This document shows, piece after piece, positions 14,769-27,840 of a stretch of 64,000 nt of DNA (position 1 is the first letter of the stretch; each line of letters starts with the position of its first letter). The translations under genes and the position numbers were made by a program. Origin of the DNA: Lineus longissimus (Eukaryota). The DNA lies in NCBI RefSeq assembly GCF_910592395.1, contig NC_088308.1, positions 2,046,001 to 2,110,000 on the forward strand, read 5' to 3'. The notes beneath the pieces were generated by a model that did not search any database, was not told the DNA's origin, and saw only the letters and a program-made list of their open reading frames with translations.

Positions 14769-15576
14769 CAGTAGAACCTCTCTCAGCGGACACCTCTGCC
14801 AGGCGGACACCTCTACATTACGGACACGTCCGGCCAGTCCCGATTTTTTCTAAGTCATTTCAAATTACAAAAACCTCTGTACGGCGGACACCTCTCTATT
14901 CCGAATTGCGGACAGGGCGATAGCCAATTTTTGGTCCAATTCCCTCCCAATTACGGACAGTAGGCAAAAAACAATGGTTTCCCGCGTGCGCTTGGAGAGT
15001 CAAGTAGGCCCGACAGGTGTGATATTTGCGTAATTAATCAACGTAATTACCCCATGGCATTGTGTTTTTGTATCCTAATTAAGCCGCGGCATTTGTTTAC
15101 TCATCTTTTCAACTAATCACATAGGCTTATTGCATGTATTGTGTCAACGGACACTCATAAATCCACGCGGTTTTGTCAGTGTTGCGGCGAATATGCGTTA
15201 GTAGAGAAATTAGAAAAAATTAATTATTAATCAAAGGTGGCTGATGGACAGAAATTATGGGTTTTTTTTCACACATTATGACATGTCGAGAAGATTTCGC
15301 AATACAAGGGGCACCTTTTACTAGAGAGATTATTCACGCTCTGAGTTCCAAAGTAGCCCACGTCATTCAACGCAACATCACAAGCAAATACCGATCAGCC
15401 AACAGGTTTAAAGTTTCTACGCTAGATGTCGACACAGAGAAAACCAAGACCTGCAAGGCGGGAACTTCAAATCCACCTATCGGACGATTTGGCATAACCT
15501 CTCTAGTGCGGACACCTCTCTATTGCGGACACCTTGGCCCAGTCCCATGGGTGTCCGCAATAGAGAGGTTGTACTG
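14769..15576. mobile_element. Non-autonomous Tc1/mariner (pogo/Tigger-type) DNA transposon (MITE), 808 bp
   Basis: TIRs CAGTAGAACCTCTCTCAGCGGACACC / GGTGTCCGCAATAGAGAGGTTGTACTG, TA on both flanks (14767-14768, 15577-15578), subterminal CCTCT...CGGACAC repeats at both ends, no transposase ORF. Confidence 0.9.
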
Positions 15577-16353
15577 TATGATGAAGTAGGAAATTACGAA
15601 GAATTAGTTGTTGATTTTGTCTAAAAAATCAGAGTTGGCGCAGAATATGGAAAAACTCCCGAGCTGCATCTGAGTAAATTGCGTAATAATTCAGAATAAT
15701 GACACCCTAGTGTTCTATATGCCGAGTACTAGAAATGTTGATATTGGTTTTATTATTTATCAGGATTTTGTTTAATCTGATGATTAAGTATGCATTTCTT
15801 TCTTTCTACTGCATGTTACATTTAGGGATTATCTCAAAATTGGCTGATGCCTGCAAAAGACATGAGATTTTTCCATCTCTCTCCTACGCTCCCAAAGCAG
15901 CGACGTCTGTCTTTCTTCACGTCCGATGAACTTTTAGACATACCCTTTAGCTACTGCGAATGAGTGTAACCTATACTCCCCAACCCATCTTCAGCTAGCG
16001 AGCTACCTCACAGCTACACCAAACTCACATTAACCTCCCGCCACATTACGATTACACAGTAAATGGTCATTAGCCGCTTGTTGTTGATAGGGCAGACATC
16101 ACTTTGATCAGGGCACGCAGTGAGCACGACATGACGAAAGCTGGCGAATATGGCACGAGGTCAACGCGAAATGTCATCAGTTATTCGTATTTGTGAATAT
16201 TCCCCCTCGTTGGAACGCTGAAAGATAAATCTCACGTTTTTCTGTGTTACCCACTTTTGAAAGTCATAGCCTCGCTAACTGTCTATATGAAAACACTGAA
16301 ATATGAGGAACTACCACAGATGTTACACCGAGTTTGACGTACCACCCCATTAT

Positions 16354-16479
16354 CAATGGGTGATATGAATAAAGAGTAGTAAATGCTTTTATCTAAAACT
16401 CCATGTACATTTACACTTGGCCTTTCTGTACAAAATTGAAGTAAAAGCATTTGCTAGCCTTTATTCATATCACCCATTG
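16354..16479. repeat. Inverted repeat / small MITE-like hairpin
   Basis: CAATGGGTGATATGAATAAAGAGTAGTAAATGCTTTTA pairs with TAAAAGCATTTGCTAGCCTTTATTCATATCACCCATTG (about 38-bp arms). Confidence 0.75.
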
Positions 16480-16611
16480 TGTTGAAGAGAATATAACTTA
16501 GGCCATGTACGATTTTACACCTATTTATGAGTTACAGGTATGCTTTTATTTCCTTCAGAGTAAATTGGTTACTCGAAGGTACCAATAGGTTGAATAGGTA
16601 AGGAAAAAGAG

Positions 16612-16657
16612 AATGGTGCAAATGGTGCAAATGGTGAAAATGGTGCAAATGGTGCAA
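16612..16657. repeat. 9-bp tandem repeat (AATGGTGCA) x5
   Basis: Directly visible; one unit has a substitution (AATGGTGAA). Confidence 0.9.
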
Positions 16658-19600
16658 GGAACGCATTCGTAGTCAAATGGCCCACCAATGCTACTCATTG
16701 ATTAGTTGTACCTTTGATGATGATGATTGAGGCATTCATAATGACCCCAGACCTTTTACCCTCTTTGAGTTGGCTAATTGCCGCATCGATCCGTAAACAT
16801 CCTTTACCTTGGCATGTTATTGGTAATACCAAGGGAGATTAGAAATACACTGCATGGTTATGAACACGAGGCTTTCTAATATTATGTCCATGATATTTCC
16901 ATTGTACCCCGAGCATACATGTACTATTTGCATGGAATGTCCTTTCCGATATAATCATCTTCCCATTTTCTCAGCACTTATAGTTCTTTAACTAAAGCAC
17001 TTTTTCATTTCAGAAGAATAACATATAATCCAGAATAATCTAGCATGCGATAAAACAACAATATTCGAGCACGAGCCAACCCGGTAGTTTTTCTAAAACC
17101 TCGTCATGATCAGCATCAGCAGGGAATCGATGCATTTTTTATTCGCCGTCTTGGCATATTTTGCCATCTCCTTCTATAAATACCCACCAACCTGTCAGCC
17201 AGTCACTCCAACTCTGCCGGTTTTTCTTACATATTGATGCCAATAGCACTCATTTCACTCATCTGTCTCGAAGAGTATCGCTTTTACATTTTTGCCCGAA
17301 CAATTGAGTGTTCTTACATCATTTCGCTGACATGCCCGGCATTATCAAGTGTTGTGCAACTTAACGCTTTTGACACATAAGATAATGGCGAAATAAAGGT
17401 TATGAAATAATAAAATATGAATTGTCGAATTAGGATATGATCTTATATACATGTATCATTGTATAGTTCACAGCATCAATAGATTTGTCCGAACGTAAAT
17501 GCTGGTGTTGGTTTGAGTCAGATTGGCGAAATTCCTTCGTCAGCAGTGCCAACTCAGAGAGGAGCAATAATATATTTTAGTATTTCGTTGATTCGGAGTG
17601 GTGCAGACACCAAGGACCCCCTACCACGAGTCTACTTATATTTAATGCAGGCGTGTCTGAACTTCCAAATTGACGAACCGCTTTTTATGCAAGGTGTTGA
17701 AGTTAATCAAGCACTTTCAACGGTAACACAGAAAACTTCTGAAGAAAGAGTGATACAGGGTCGTGCCACTTTTCTGGGATCTGCTCTGCGTGACCGGGAA
17801 ACGTCTATCATTACTCTCATATCAGATTAGATATGAGATTACAGCAGACTGAGACGTTCCTTGACGATATAAAGATTGGTACTAATGCCAATGATATTGT
17901 AACGTAATCTGGGCAATCTGGGTCTGGGCAAGGGTACTTCTCATTGACGCGACACGCGAGACCAGTCCATAATGGTCCTCAGTCCAGTAATGGCTATCAC
18001 CAAGCTAATAGCCACAAGAATGAAGTGGGCAATATCGGACACATTTGCGGCTGAAGCTGTCATTAAGTTAGTTACAACCTTTTCGGAGGAGGAAGTGTTG
18101 GTCTTCGAGTATAACATACGTATTCCTTTCCTGCCAATGCATTTACTTGATATGGACATTGAGAGTTTTGGCAATAAAGATTGTTGCTCAGTTTTTGTTA
18201 CATATATATACATTACATATTCATGGCCAGTCATCGTGCATGTATTTCAAGCCATGACATGTGACTTGGGTAACGACTTCGATATACATATCCGTCTAAT
18301 GTAAAGGTCTATAAGAAATTTGAAAAAAACATATTGTGCAGATGCAGGTGGAATACAACAGAAAAACGTTCACCAAATTAAATTACATCGAACATATCCC
18401 TGGATAACTGTATTTCAACCTCGAAAATGAAGTCGGAGTGGGAATCGGAAGGGAGCAGAACCGCTCTTTTATGAGACAGAGTCAGGTAATCACGTACCTT
18501 CAAGTTAATAGCCAAGGTAGTTTTCCAGCTCATTTTGCTACTATTGTAATTATTCCGTGCTCGGTTTTCAAATTGCCGCTTTTTCGTGGCAAATAATGAA
18601 GAACTCTGGCTCTTAAACAAGGCTTTGTGTGGCTTTCATCCTTTAAACATGCTATGTGTACATAATTAGATGACTGTGTAAGAAATGCATAAATGGAACA
18701 ATACGTCTAGTGGATAGCCCCCAAGGGTAATGATACTGTATATGGTGGGATAAGTGTGTGATTGTTCTTGCTAAATATAACAAAATTCCAGAATAACGGA
18801 TCTCTTGAATTACCGCGTGTTCTGTCGGTTGTACATTTGTTTCTACAATGCATTGACACCAAGGTTACTAATGATTTGAAACGAAACTGACCAATTGGTG
18901 CCATCAGTTGGCTAGTTGTCAGTGTCATCTGACCAATGAAATGAATCACTTTGCAAAAATATCGTTGCTCAAAATGTGATGGGCAGCTCAGAGATCCTTT
19001 TATAGTTTAACAAAACCAAGGAGGTTCTATTTTATTCGATTTTCTATAAAAGTTCGTTGACAAAACCATGAAGCAAACACAAAACCAACAAGCAAAAAGC
19101 AACCGAGTTGCTTCACTGTATGAGCAGACAATCTAACGCCCAACTCTTCTCGAGCAGAATAATAAACACCGTTATCTGCCCATGGGGCTTAGCGTTTTTT
19201 CATGTTTTCATCACCTATGTAGACTCAGCGGCTGTTGAAGTGAGAATAATCCGGATACGGGATAATATTTTAGAACGCCAAGCATGATTTTAAAAAAATG
19301 GTAGTTGTATATTACATTAGGAGAAACGTCCGTGGTTAAATCGTGCCTGGTTTCGAATCAAAGAAAAAAATGGAGAAGTAGAATCCCCTGATGTCTAAAT
19401 TTGATTAAAGTTTATGACATTTATCTTCAGTCCATTTCAGATACAAACTTATTTGTTTGGTGTGTTTTTTCGTTCGGGAGTGCAAAATGGAAATTCCTAA
19501 ATTGTGGGATTTAGGAACTTTCGGTTATGCGGGTGATACTTAGGGCCTTGATCACATTTACAGCTTCATTGGTCCTTTGAATGGTGATTAAAATACATGT

Positions 19601-20839
19601 GTACCATTTTTTACTCGACAAAAAATTTCTTCAAAACTAGAATTGTGACCCTCGAAGTCCTTGGTCTTAAAATGCAGGTAGGCTAGGTCATTAGAGGCCC
19701 TGGATATCATCACAAAGCAACCAGAAATGATATCTGAAATTGACCGGTCTCCGTTGTCGGTGGCGGAAATTATAGTTGTGATTGTCCACCTGCTCGCCCG
19801 GTTACTCTGTCAGTGGACATAAACATAATGGAGGCAGTCGACCAAACGAGAAAATATGATTTACCACTACTATACAAACACCATTTGCCATGCCTTATTT
19901 TGCCAACATGAGCTCGAGTATGACCGACATGGGTATGATGGCCACTGTTCGTGTTCTTCATCAACTCGAGGTCAACACCGGTCATGTTAGAAGGACAGAC
20001 AGAAACCGAAATGACCACGACAGCATTTGATTCAGTTAAGTCAGACACGACTAATCATTGTTCTGTCCTCCAACATGGCAGACTGTGAAAACACTCTATT
20101 ATACGGTTTCTTGCTAGAAGCTGCAGTTTCCGAACAGCAAAAGCAAAACCGGGGATCAACACTGTCGCATCTGATGTTACACAACCAATCAAGTCACTGA
20201 CTTTGACAAGAAACCACACTATTTGCCACGGATTCAAATGGCCCTTTTGTCCAGTACATGGTTGATTAGTTTCATCAGTAACATGTTGTCGCCCCGAGCT
20301 CTTTTCCTTGCCTGCCATTAACACATTACCACCATTTATTAGCGGGGTTTATTAGCCTATTATAGCTAGTGGGAAGTCGTATTTCACCCTTGAATGAACT
20401 AACACTTGTCGCTGACTTGTTGGGATGTGTTTGTGGTCAGATCAGAAAAGAAGACAAGGCTATTATCGATGGACAAAGATTGATTTCGCTTGGGAACAGT
20501 TTCACTCTCTGCATCAGTGCAAAAGGATAACGATTTTGGCACTGTACAGTGTGCTGCAGAAACAACGTAGGAGACAGTCTTGCATACTCATAGGGTGATC
20601 GAAAACACACAGAGCTCGAAATCTTTGAGTTTTCGCCAAGTAAAATTTTGAAGTAGTAACTCCGGTCTTCGACGTCTCTGGCGAACCAGAGACAAGACTG
20701 CTTTACTTCACGGAACAACATTTTCAGTTTTGACAGCGTTCCGCGTTCCATTGGAGAAGACGAAATTGTGTGCAGTCGCGTTTGCGTTCAGTGCATTACG
20801 ACTGACAAGCTGGCATTACATTCATATCGTTTACCACAT

Positions 20840-20922
20840 GAGCGAGCCAAGATGGTCTGTTTTGGTGTCAAACTATCTGTCCAAGGGTCATGGGTTCGAA
20901 CCCCGCTCCGGTCACCACTTTG
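20840..20922 (+). mobile_element. tRNA-derived SINE-like head (degenerate)
   Basis: B-box GGTTCGAACCC at 20893-20903 with an A-box-like AGCCAAGATGG about 50 nt upstream. No complete cloverleaf. Confidence 0.45.
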
Positions 20923-20970
20923 TCATTACAGGTGAGCGCAAAACTGACGGCAGCCACAGGATACACCAGA

Positions 20971-21191
20971 GTGTCTCTGCGTCGTCATATAAAAGTGACT
21001 TTGATGTGATCCAGCGTGTCTCTGTGGTGTCTTATAAAAGTGACTTTGATGTGATCCAGCGTGTCTCTGTGGTGTCTTATAATAGTGACTTTGATGTGAT
21101 CCAGCGTGTCTCTGTGGTGTCTTATAATAGTGACTTTGATGTGATCCAGCGTGTCTCTGTGGTGTCTTATAATAGTGACTTTGATGTGATC
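20971..21191. repeat. 45-bp minisatellite, about 4.9 copies
   Basis: Unit GTGTCTCTGTGGTGTCTTATAATAGTGACTTTGATGTGATCCAGC in near-identical copies; it accounts for the repetitive ORFs at 20730-21245 and 20985-21221. Confidence 0.95.
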
Positions 21192-22458
21192 TTGGCAGTG
21201 AAAAGCACTATTGCCATGCATCCAGATAAAAACAATATAAAGTAATCAGAACCAGAATAAAACTTCTGTCACATCCAGCGCAGTGGTACTTGTTATGAGT
21301 AATCATCCTTTCGTAATAACACTTCTGAACAAAAAAGACCATGATAAAAAAATATCCATCGATCTGATTCTAGCGGATCAGCAAAACAATTTGATATGGG
21401 ATCAATTGGTTTTTTTCAAGTCAGCCACCATCCATTGTTATAATCGTCGTATGAGGCCCGATTCCACAGGGTATTGCCAGCCGGCCCCCTCGGAGGGTAC
21501 ATTATACTTGGTTTTTAACTTACACCCAAACGTAGTTGGTATAAACTGATATATATGAGGCTCCGGAAGAGGCGACTGTAGCGGGAACACTCCAATGGAA
21601 TCGGGTCTGTCCTTGAAGAAGACACCCGATCGCCTGTAATCTCTGGTGAAAAGAGGTACCATCGCATGCCTTACTTCCAATCTTTCAGGAAGCATGGGAA
21701 GTGGAATAGATTAAATACATTTTTGCGGTAATGACATAACTGCAATCTCATGCTAATCATCAAATTACAACACTTGCAAATCAATGCATTACCCTCTACA
21801 TTCACGTGAAATCGCTCTTTTCTCTTAATCAATGAGATTATAGTCAACTTTGGCGTAATATCCAGCAATATATGAGCGAGTAATCGGGTTAGTTCCGTGG
21901 AGAATATCCATCAGAATTAGGAAAATTCCTTTTTTGTCGTCACAACGACACTTGAACGAATTGGCTATTTGGTGATTATCTGTAGCAATATTTCTGGTAC
22001 CTGTACTAAAGTGCACCAGTTTCAAACTTGACCATATTCTCCACAGTTTATATCTTTACGACAAGTTCGACTCTACATAGCTGACTGGACTTCGTTCAGA
22101 AAGTGAAATATTATGTGAAGGAATTACTTAACAATAAGATGCCAATAGATGTCCAATGTGAATTTCTTCAGGGATGCCCCGTTAAAGATTGATAGGAGAA
22201 TAATTACACAGGAGGTATTGAAGATGCCATGCCATATTCGTGTGCATGCACCTAAAATTAATCCATTAGACACCTTCCGATCAATGTCTTTAGCCTCTTA
22301 CAGACAACGCCAGCTTAGGCTGAACGGTCCTTGATTGATTTTAGCACTTGACGAGAAAAAACTAGCAGGCGCGTTCGATGCTATGTATAGCAGCAGCAAT
22401 GTCTCTTAAGATCAGAGCGATAAATATAGCAACATCTTGGAACCCATCGATTTGTCGT

Positions 22459-22913
22459 GCTGTCGTTTTGCCCTGTCCGCTTACATGATCAATAGCTATC
22501 ACGATAACTTTACACGGGGCTTCAGACGGCAGGCGGGACACACAAGTGGCCATTGGTACCAGGGGAGTCAGTCGAACTCTCGTTTCGCCTTCCTTCTAGG
22601 TGATCAATAGCTATTACAATAACTACATGTATACACTGGCATGACGGAGTTTCAGACGGTAGACGGGGCGCACAAGTGACCAGTGGTAGGAGATTCTGGT
22701 GAGCTGTCGTTGCCTGGTCCTCCTTGGTGATCAATAGCTATAGCAATAACTATACCGGGGGCTTCAGATGGCAGACAGGACACACAAGTGACCAGTGGTA
22801 GGGGAGTCTGTAGATAACTATTCACGGGGCTTCAATCGGCAGACCAGACACATAAGTAACCATCGGTACCAGGAGTCCGTAGAGTTGTCGTTTCGCCAGG
22901 TCCTCTTTGGTGA
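22459..22913. repeat. Degenerate tandem repeat, about 115-127-bp unit, 3.5-4 copies
   Basis: TGATCAATAGCTA recurs at about 22486, 22601 and 22728, each followed by a GGGGCTTCAGA(C/T)GGCAG...CACAAGTG(A/G)CCA-like block; a partial fourth unit starts near 22813. Confidence 0.85.
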
Positions 22914-25900
22914 TGAATACAACTCTTTGGTGCTGACTGTGCGATCACATATTGTTATCATCAAGTCATGTGATATACATGTTCAACTCCTGTAGGTGTT
23001 TACTGTCTAAAGGCCGGTCAAACCAATCAAAATATCAATACCATTATGAGAAAATAAATCTATGAATATTTCGTTACCAAAACAACTCTCGATTGTTTAG
23101 GTTGAATAAGTCACCTCATACTTGCTATTACGCCTACACACAGCAATGGTTATACCACGGTCTGAGTGTCATATTGTGGTCAGGGCCAATTAGTGGTTTT
23201 CTGAATATAAAGCGATTTGAGTGGAACTAATCAACTACTGGTTGGTGTTCTCGCCTTATGATGTCACACACTGCTAATGGCTACAAATTCATAATCAGAA
23301 GCATGTAAAGGTACCCCTAATTTGCTTGGCGAGCAGGAACCATAACCCTCTAATGTTTGGTTCATTCAGTGCAATGTTCGATGTTCGATTATCAAGCACA
23401 TCTCTCTTTGTACTAAGGAAGAGCTCCACAATGGTGCTTTCAAGTTTTTTATTGGTTTCATGACAAAAGCACACAAATCGCAACTTTGAACGATTAGTAA
23501 AAGGCTTGATAATAGTGCGTCTACTGTTTGCCATCGTATTTGTGTCCAGTCGGAAGGAAACCAAAGTCAACCATCTCGAAGAAGACGACCAATCCATCTG
23601 CTCGAAAGGTCCATTGAAGCTGATTGGTCATTCTTGATCACGTGATCCATTCCTGTGGCTTTCGCAGGAAAAAGTTACCTTTGATTTCAGTGAAGCCTCC
23701 TCGAGTCAATAGTCTTATTAGGAAGCCAAACAACACCGTGGATCAGACCATTGCTACCGTGGAGTGGTACAACAGACCTTTTGATTAAGTGGAAAGGCGA
23801 GGAGGCCAAACAGAAAGCAGCCTTCCCGAGAACAGAGTCAACAAAGACAGCAATAACACCTCAGAATCTCGTAAGAAGAGGTGACCAGATTGCAAGAATC
23901 GAAGCCGGACTTCGCGTGACATCGTTTGAAAGGGAACTCTGTCCCCAAGGAAAGAACGAGCCAAGCCCGAGTTATGCCCACAAAAATATAATTGGCCATC
24001 GCAAATCATTAAAACTGACTAGATTATCTTCATGCAGATGAACCGATGCTAACGGATAATGGATTCTTAGATGTACATTACATTATTGACTGCGCAAACC
24101 GTGCGTTCTGTCACGCATTTAAATAATCCAGACTAAGGATAATCATTTTCCGATTTAAGAGAAACCCACTGCATCTTGGCGTCACAATCCTGCCTTCTTC
24201 GTGTTTATCGATAATTGATTTCTTCGATTGATGGATATGAATGACGGGGGAGTGACAGGCAGGCAGATAGATCTGAATCACTCACGGGGTCTGTCGTAAA
24301 AAATAGCAAGAATTTAGTTATAAAAAAGTCGACCAGCGGCATTCACAGCCGGTTTCATCGTAAACTGAGAAGGTAGATCTTAAAGAGGTGATCTTTTCCC
24401 GGCCTTCTGGTTATCTCCGTAGATGAGACTGATTTGAGGAGAAATCTCTCTCTGTCCGTGCACCACAGTCTTTAAGTTGATTTCTTTATCACGACAGCAT
24501 GTGTATCTTATCATCAATGTACCAAATAAAATACCACTGCATTGATTATTGTCCGTGACATATCGTGTCAAAGCTCTCCCCGGGCGCGGGTATGCTTTGT
24601 ATTCCTGACATGGAAACGGGCATAGATGCAAACCGCTAAGCAGGTGGAGAATAATCATACGCATTACCACATCAGAGTATTGTGACATTGGTCAAAGCAC
24701 GGACTGAATTTCAGTGCGATTTTTGCAGTGCATCGAAGAGCAGCGAGAGTTTCACATGCAAACTGCTGAGACGAAGCTCACAATCAATTAGCACATGTTG
24801 AGCAATGCAAGTAACATGCATATCGCCACAACAGATTATCGTGACGACACTAGTCAAAGCACGGACAGAGATTTTTGCTTTCCAAGGTCGATCCGTAGTG
24901 GATTTGCACTCAGAGAGCAAAATGCATACTGCTGTGATGTCGAATGGCATCAATTCGCCGCATTTTGAGCTACATATATGCACGGGAGATACAAGTACAT
25001 TGCAACACTATAGAGAATAGTCCGTTTAGTGGTGAAATCGGTCAAAGAATGTAGAGCAATAATCTTCTCCGAAATGCTGAAATATATCATCGATTCGTAT
25101 ACGGTAGTATCAATTTGTAATACCAATTCACCACACACAGCGCAGGCAAGGAACATGTATTGCCACAACAGATGACACGGCATCCCGTGGACATTCTTGC
25201 AATAAGCCAGATATCTGCTGCCATTGCTGATAAACTAATCAGAACATTCTCCAACCAGCTAAAACATGTTGTCAATCAACACGAGGGAAACCGTCGGAAA
25301 GATTCAGCGAAACCTCTCTGTTAAACTTACAAAATGATGTGCTCAGTTGAGAACTGTCTTGATTCACAGCTCAACGTGATTTTAGAAGCAAACTAGACTT
25401 CTGTTACACATTTACAGCAGCGACGGACCGATATGCGTCATAAATATGAAAAGAGTTGAGGATTCTGTCGCGACCAATATGAATCCAAGCGATATGAGCT
25501 TTTAGTGGTATTGATAAGCAGTTTAGCTATTCCTTTGAGCCGATTTGTCATATCGGGAATACGATTTGTGTGAAAATGGAATATCTGTGCAAATGGTGGG
25601 GCATTTAAGATTAGTCATTAGTATATGGGGTGAGATAGACATTTTAGAAATAGCTCCGCATGAATGCTATACTATCAAATTCTCATTCAAGCCAAAGTCA
25701 GAGCAATCAAGTTGCATATGCATGAAACTGAATATTAATTGATTGTTGGCTTGAAATCCTACCAATATCTATACTGCTAATTGGGCCGTTTCAATGGTGG
25801 TAGACCTATGATATCGTGTGACTATTCCTGCATTATGTTATGCAATCTTGAATAATATATATATCGTACATCTCAGCAAAACTGCACCGTTAATCAGATG

Positions 25901-27741
25901 TTTCACGCTACAAGGAGGGGATAACTCCGGGGAATAATTGATAGATGAAACAGCGCTTTTCTTGTGGGACATCTTTGAAAGATAAAAAAGGTAATCTTGG
26001 GGATTTCTAACTTAATTACCTTTATTTGCACGCCATCTGCGTGACTGAATCGATTTGCACAGATGAGCAAAACGACGAACGCCAGTGGATGATCATGTCA
26101 CTGGAGTACAACTGTTCTTATGGTCAACTCCAGCATCACGAAGGGGTCAGAGCCGATGCAACACCTATGACTGACACTTTCCGTCACCTCGTTTCTGAGA
26201 AGACGTTTCGTTTAATATGGTGGAAATACTTCAGGCCTAAAAATCATTTCGTTTTATGCTCGGCACATTGGATTTGCAGAGAGCGTCAGGAAACTGATGG
26301 TTGAAGAAGGCGGATGAGGCGCTTTATCATGCTAACACAGAGCCAACCTTCATCTAATTTTCGTCACATACCGTCATCATGAATCACAAATTCTCTATTA
26401 TTTATTGGCGGTCAGACGCGTTAGCAATATGCCATAATTGGCCATGCTGCTGTGTTCTTTGATTGAGGTGTTCCGGCGCCGTCCCATAAATATCCACAAA
26501 GGTCATATTTATACTCACCATGGTAATGAATTGACTGGTATTGCTGACATATCGTTACAAATGCATTAGTGATGATGATACACCGTAAATTGCTATGTAT
26601 TTGCACTAAATGTCTCTGGAGTTATTCCTGCCTAATTTGGCTGTAACATTTTGCATTGATCGATGTATAGTTATCAACAAGCAATTCCAGACAAAGTTGT
26701 TGTGCAATACTTGTACATAAAAAGCCACGACGAGAAGTGGTTTCAAAGTACGAAGAGTACGAAGAAGAGAGAGATCACCATTCGAATTTTCATTTCGTCA
26801 TTGTTCTTTCGACATACATGTAGAACCTTCCTCTCTTCCACATCTTCAAAAAAGAAGATGTCGTACTGAATAACAAAGAAGCTGTAAAGAGATATGCTTC
26901 TTTAGCTCACGACGGCCCCAGCTTGTCTGAACCATATGAACGAAGAGCACGAGTGTCAACGCGACAGCGGACAAATGCAGCCAATGATCTCCATATTCAT
27001 CCGGATTTAACCCGGAGAGGCTCCTCTGTTGTGTGCAGATAATTACCGGAGCGTTGCCACTTAGCTTTGGATTACCTCACCCCTGTATAGCCTACGCCAC
27101 CGCGCCGGGATTGAATTAGCGCGGTTATCGCAACTAAAGTTGGCGATACCCGAGGGTGCGGTGGCGACGCACGGAAATACCCTGGTTGGTGTCATGAATG
27201 ACTAACAAGCTGGATCAGTATCACGGAGGATGCGAGGTGAAGGTACCAACTGTGCCAAGACTGCGACAAATCGACATGTTGGTGACGGATGTCAATACCA
27301 TTGCCAATCCCATGTCTAATGAAGAAAGAACAACTCAACAAATGCTTTGTTCCTTTTTTTATCGTATTGTGATCATCAACAGATCTATAAAAATCAGTCA
27401 CTGAATCAGCTTGATAATGATATTAAGTTATGTACAGTTTGTATTTGTGTCTTCTTTCTGCCTTGCTCATATTTCCAAAAAAACGAAGAAGATAATTCGT
27501 AGTCATACACTCTGATGTAAAGAACTGTCACGTGAATTGCAGTTTCGCATGTGGCCATCTTCAAGGTAGGATAATCAAAGCAAACCACGTTTGGAATCAC
27601 TGGTTCTTTATGACAGATTTGTAAATCCTTTGGCGTCATTGATTGCCATCAATCGACAGTCGATTACCATTCGTGATACATTTACATACCCATCGTATCC
27701 ATAATTAGACAAGTTACTAACAAAAGACTCAATCATCGATT

Positions 27742-27840
27742 CCGCCATCTTAAGTAGAAAAATAATGACTCCCAGCGAGATCTCATCACGTGACACACTG
27801 ATCAATCACGTGATTCCTGATTCGATTTGTGCTATAAATA
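27742..27840. promoter_or_regulatory. Promoter-like motif cluster (YY1-like AAGATGGCGG, two TCACGTGA E-boxes, TATAAATA)
   Basis: CCGCCATCTT at 27742-27751, TCACGTGA at 27786 and 27806, TATAAATA at 27833-27840. Confidence 0.3.

Noticed and set aside
17941..18234. 97-aa minus ORF with hydrophobic C-terminus, superficially ephrin-like (GHEY)
   Set aside because: In-frame stop five codons upstream, no convincing splice acceptor, and the similarity is too short.
20971..21191. Possible CRISPR array
   Set aside because: Units are head-to-tail with no unique spacers, there are no cas genes, and the context is eukaryotic.
20730..21245. 171-aa ORF with repeated SDFDVIQRVSVVSY
   Set aside because: The frame stays open because the 45-bp repeat unit is a multiple of 3; non-ATG start and no protein features.
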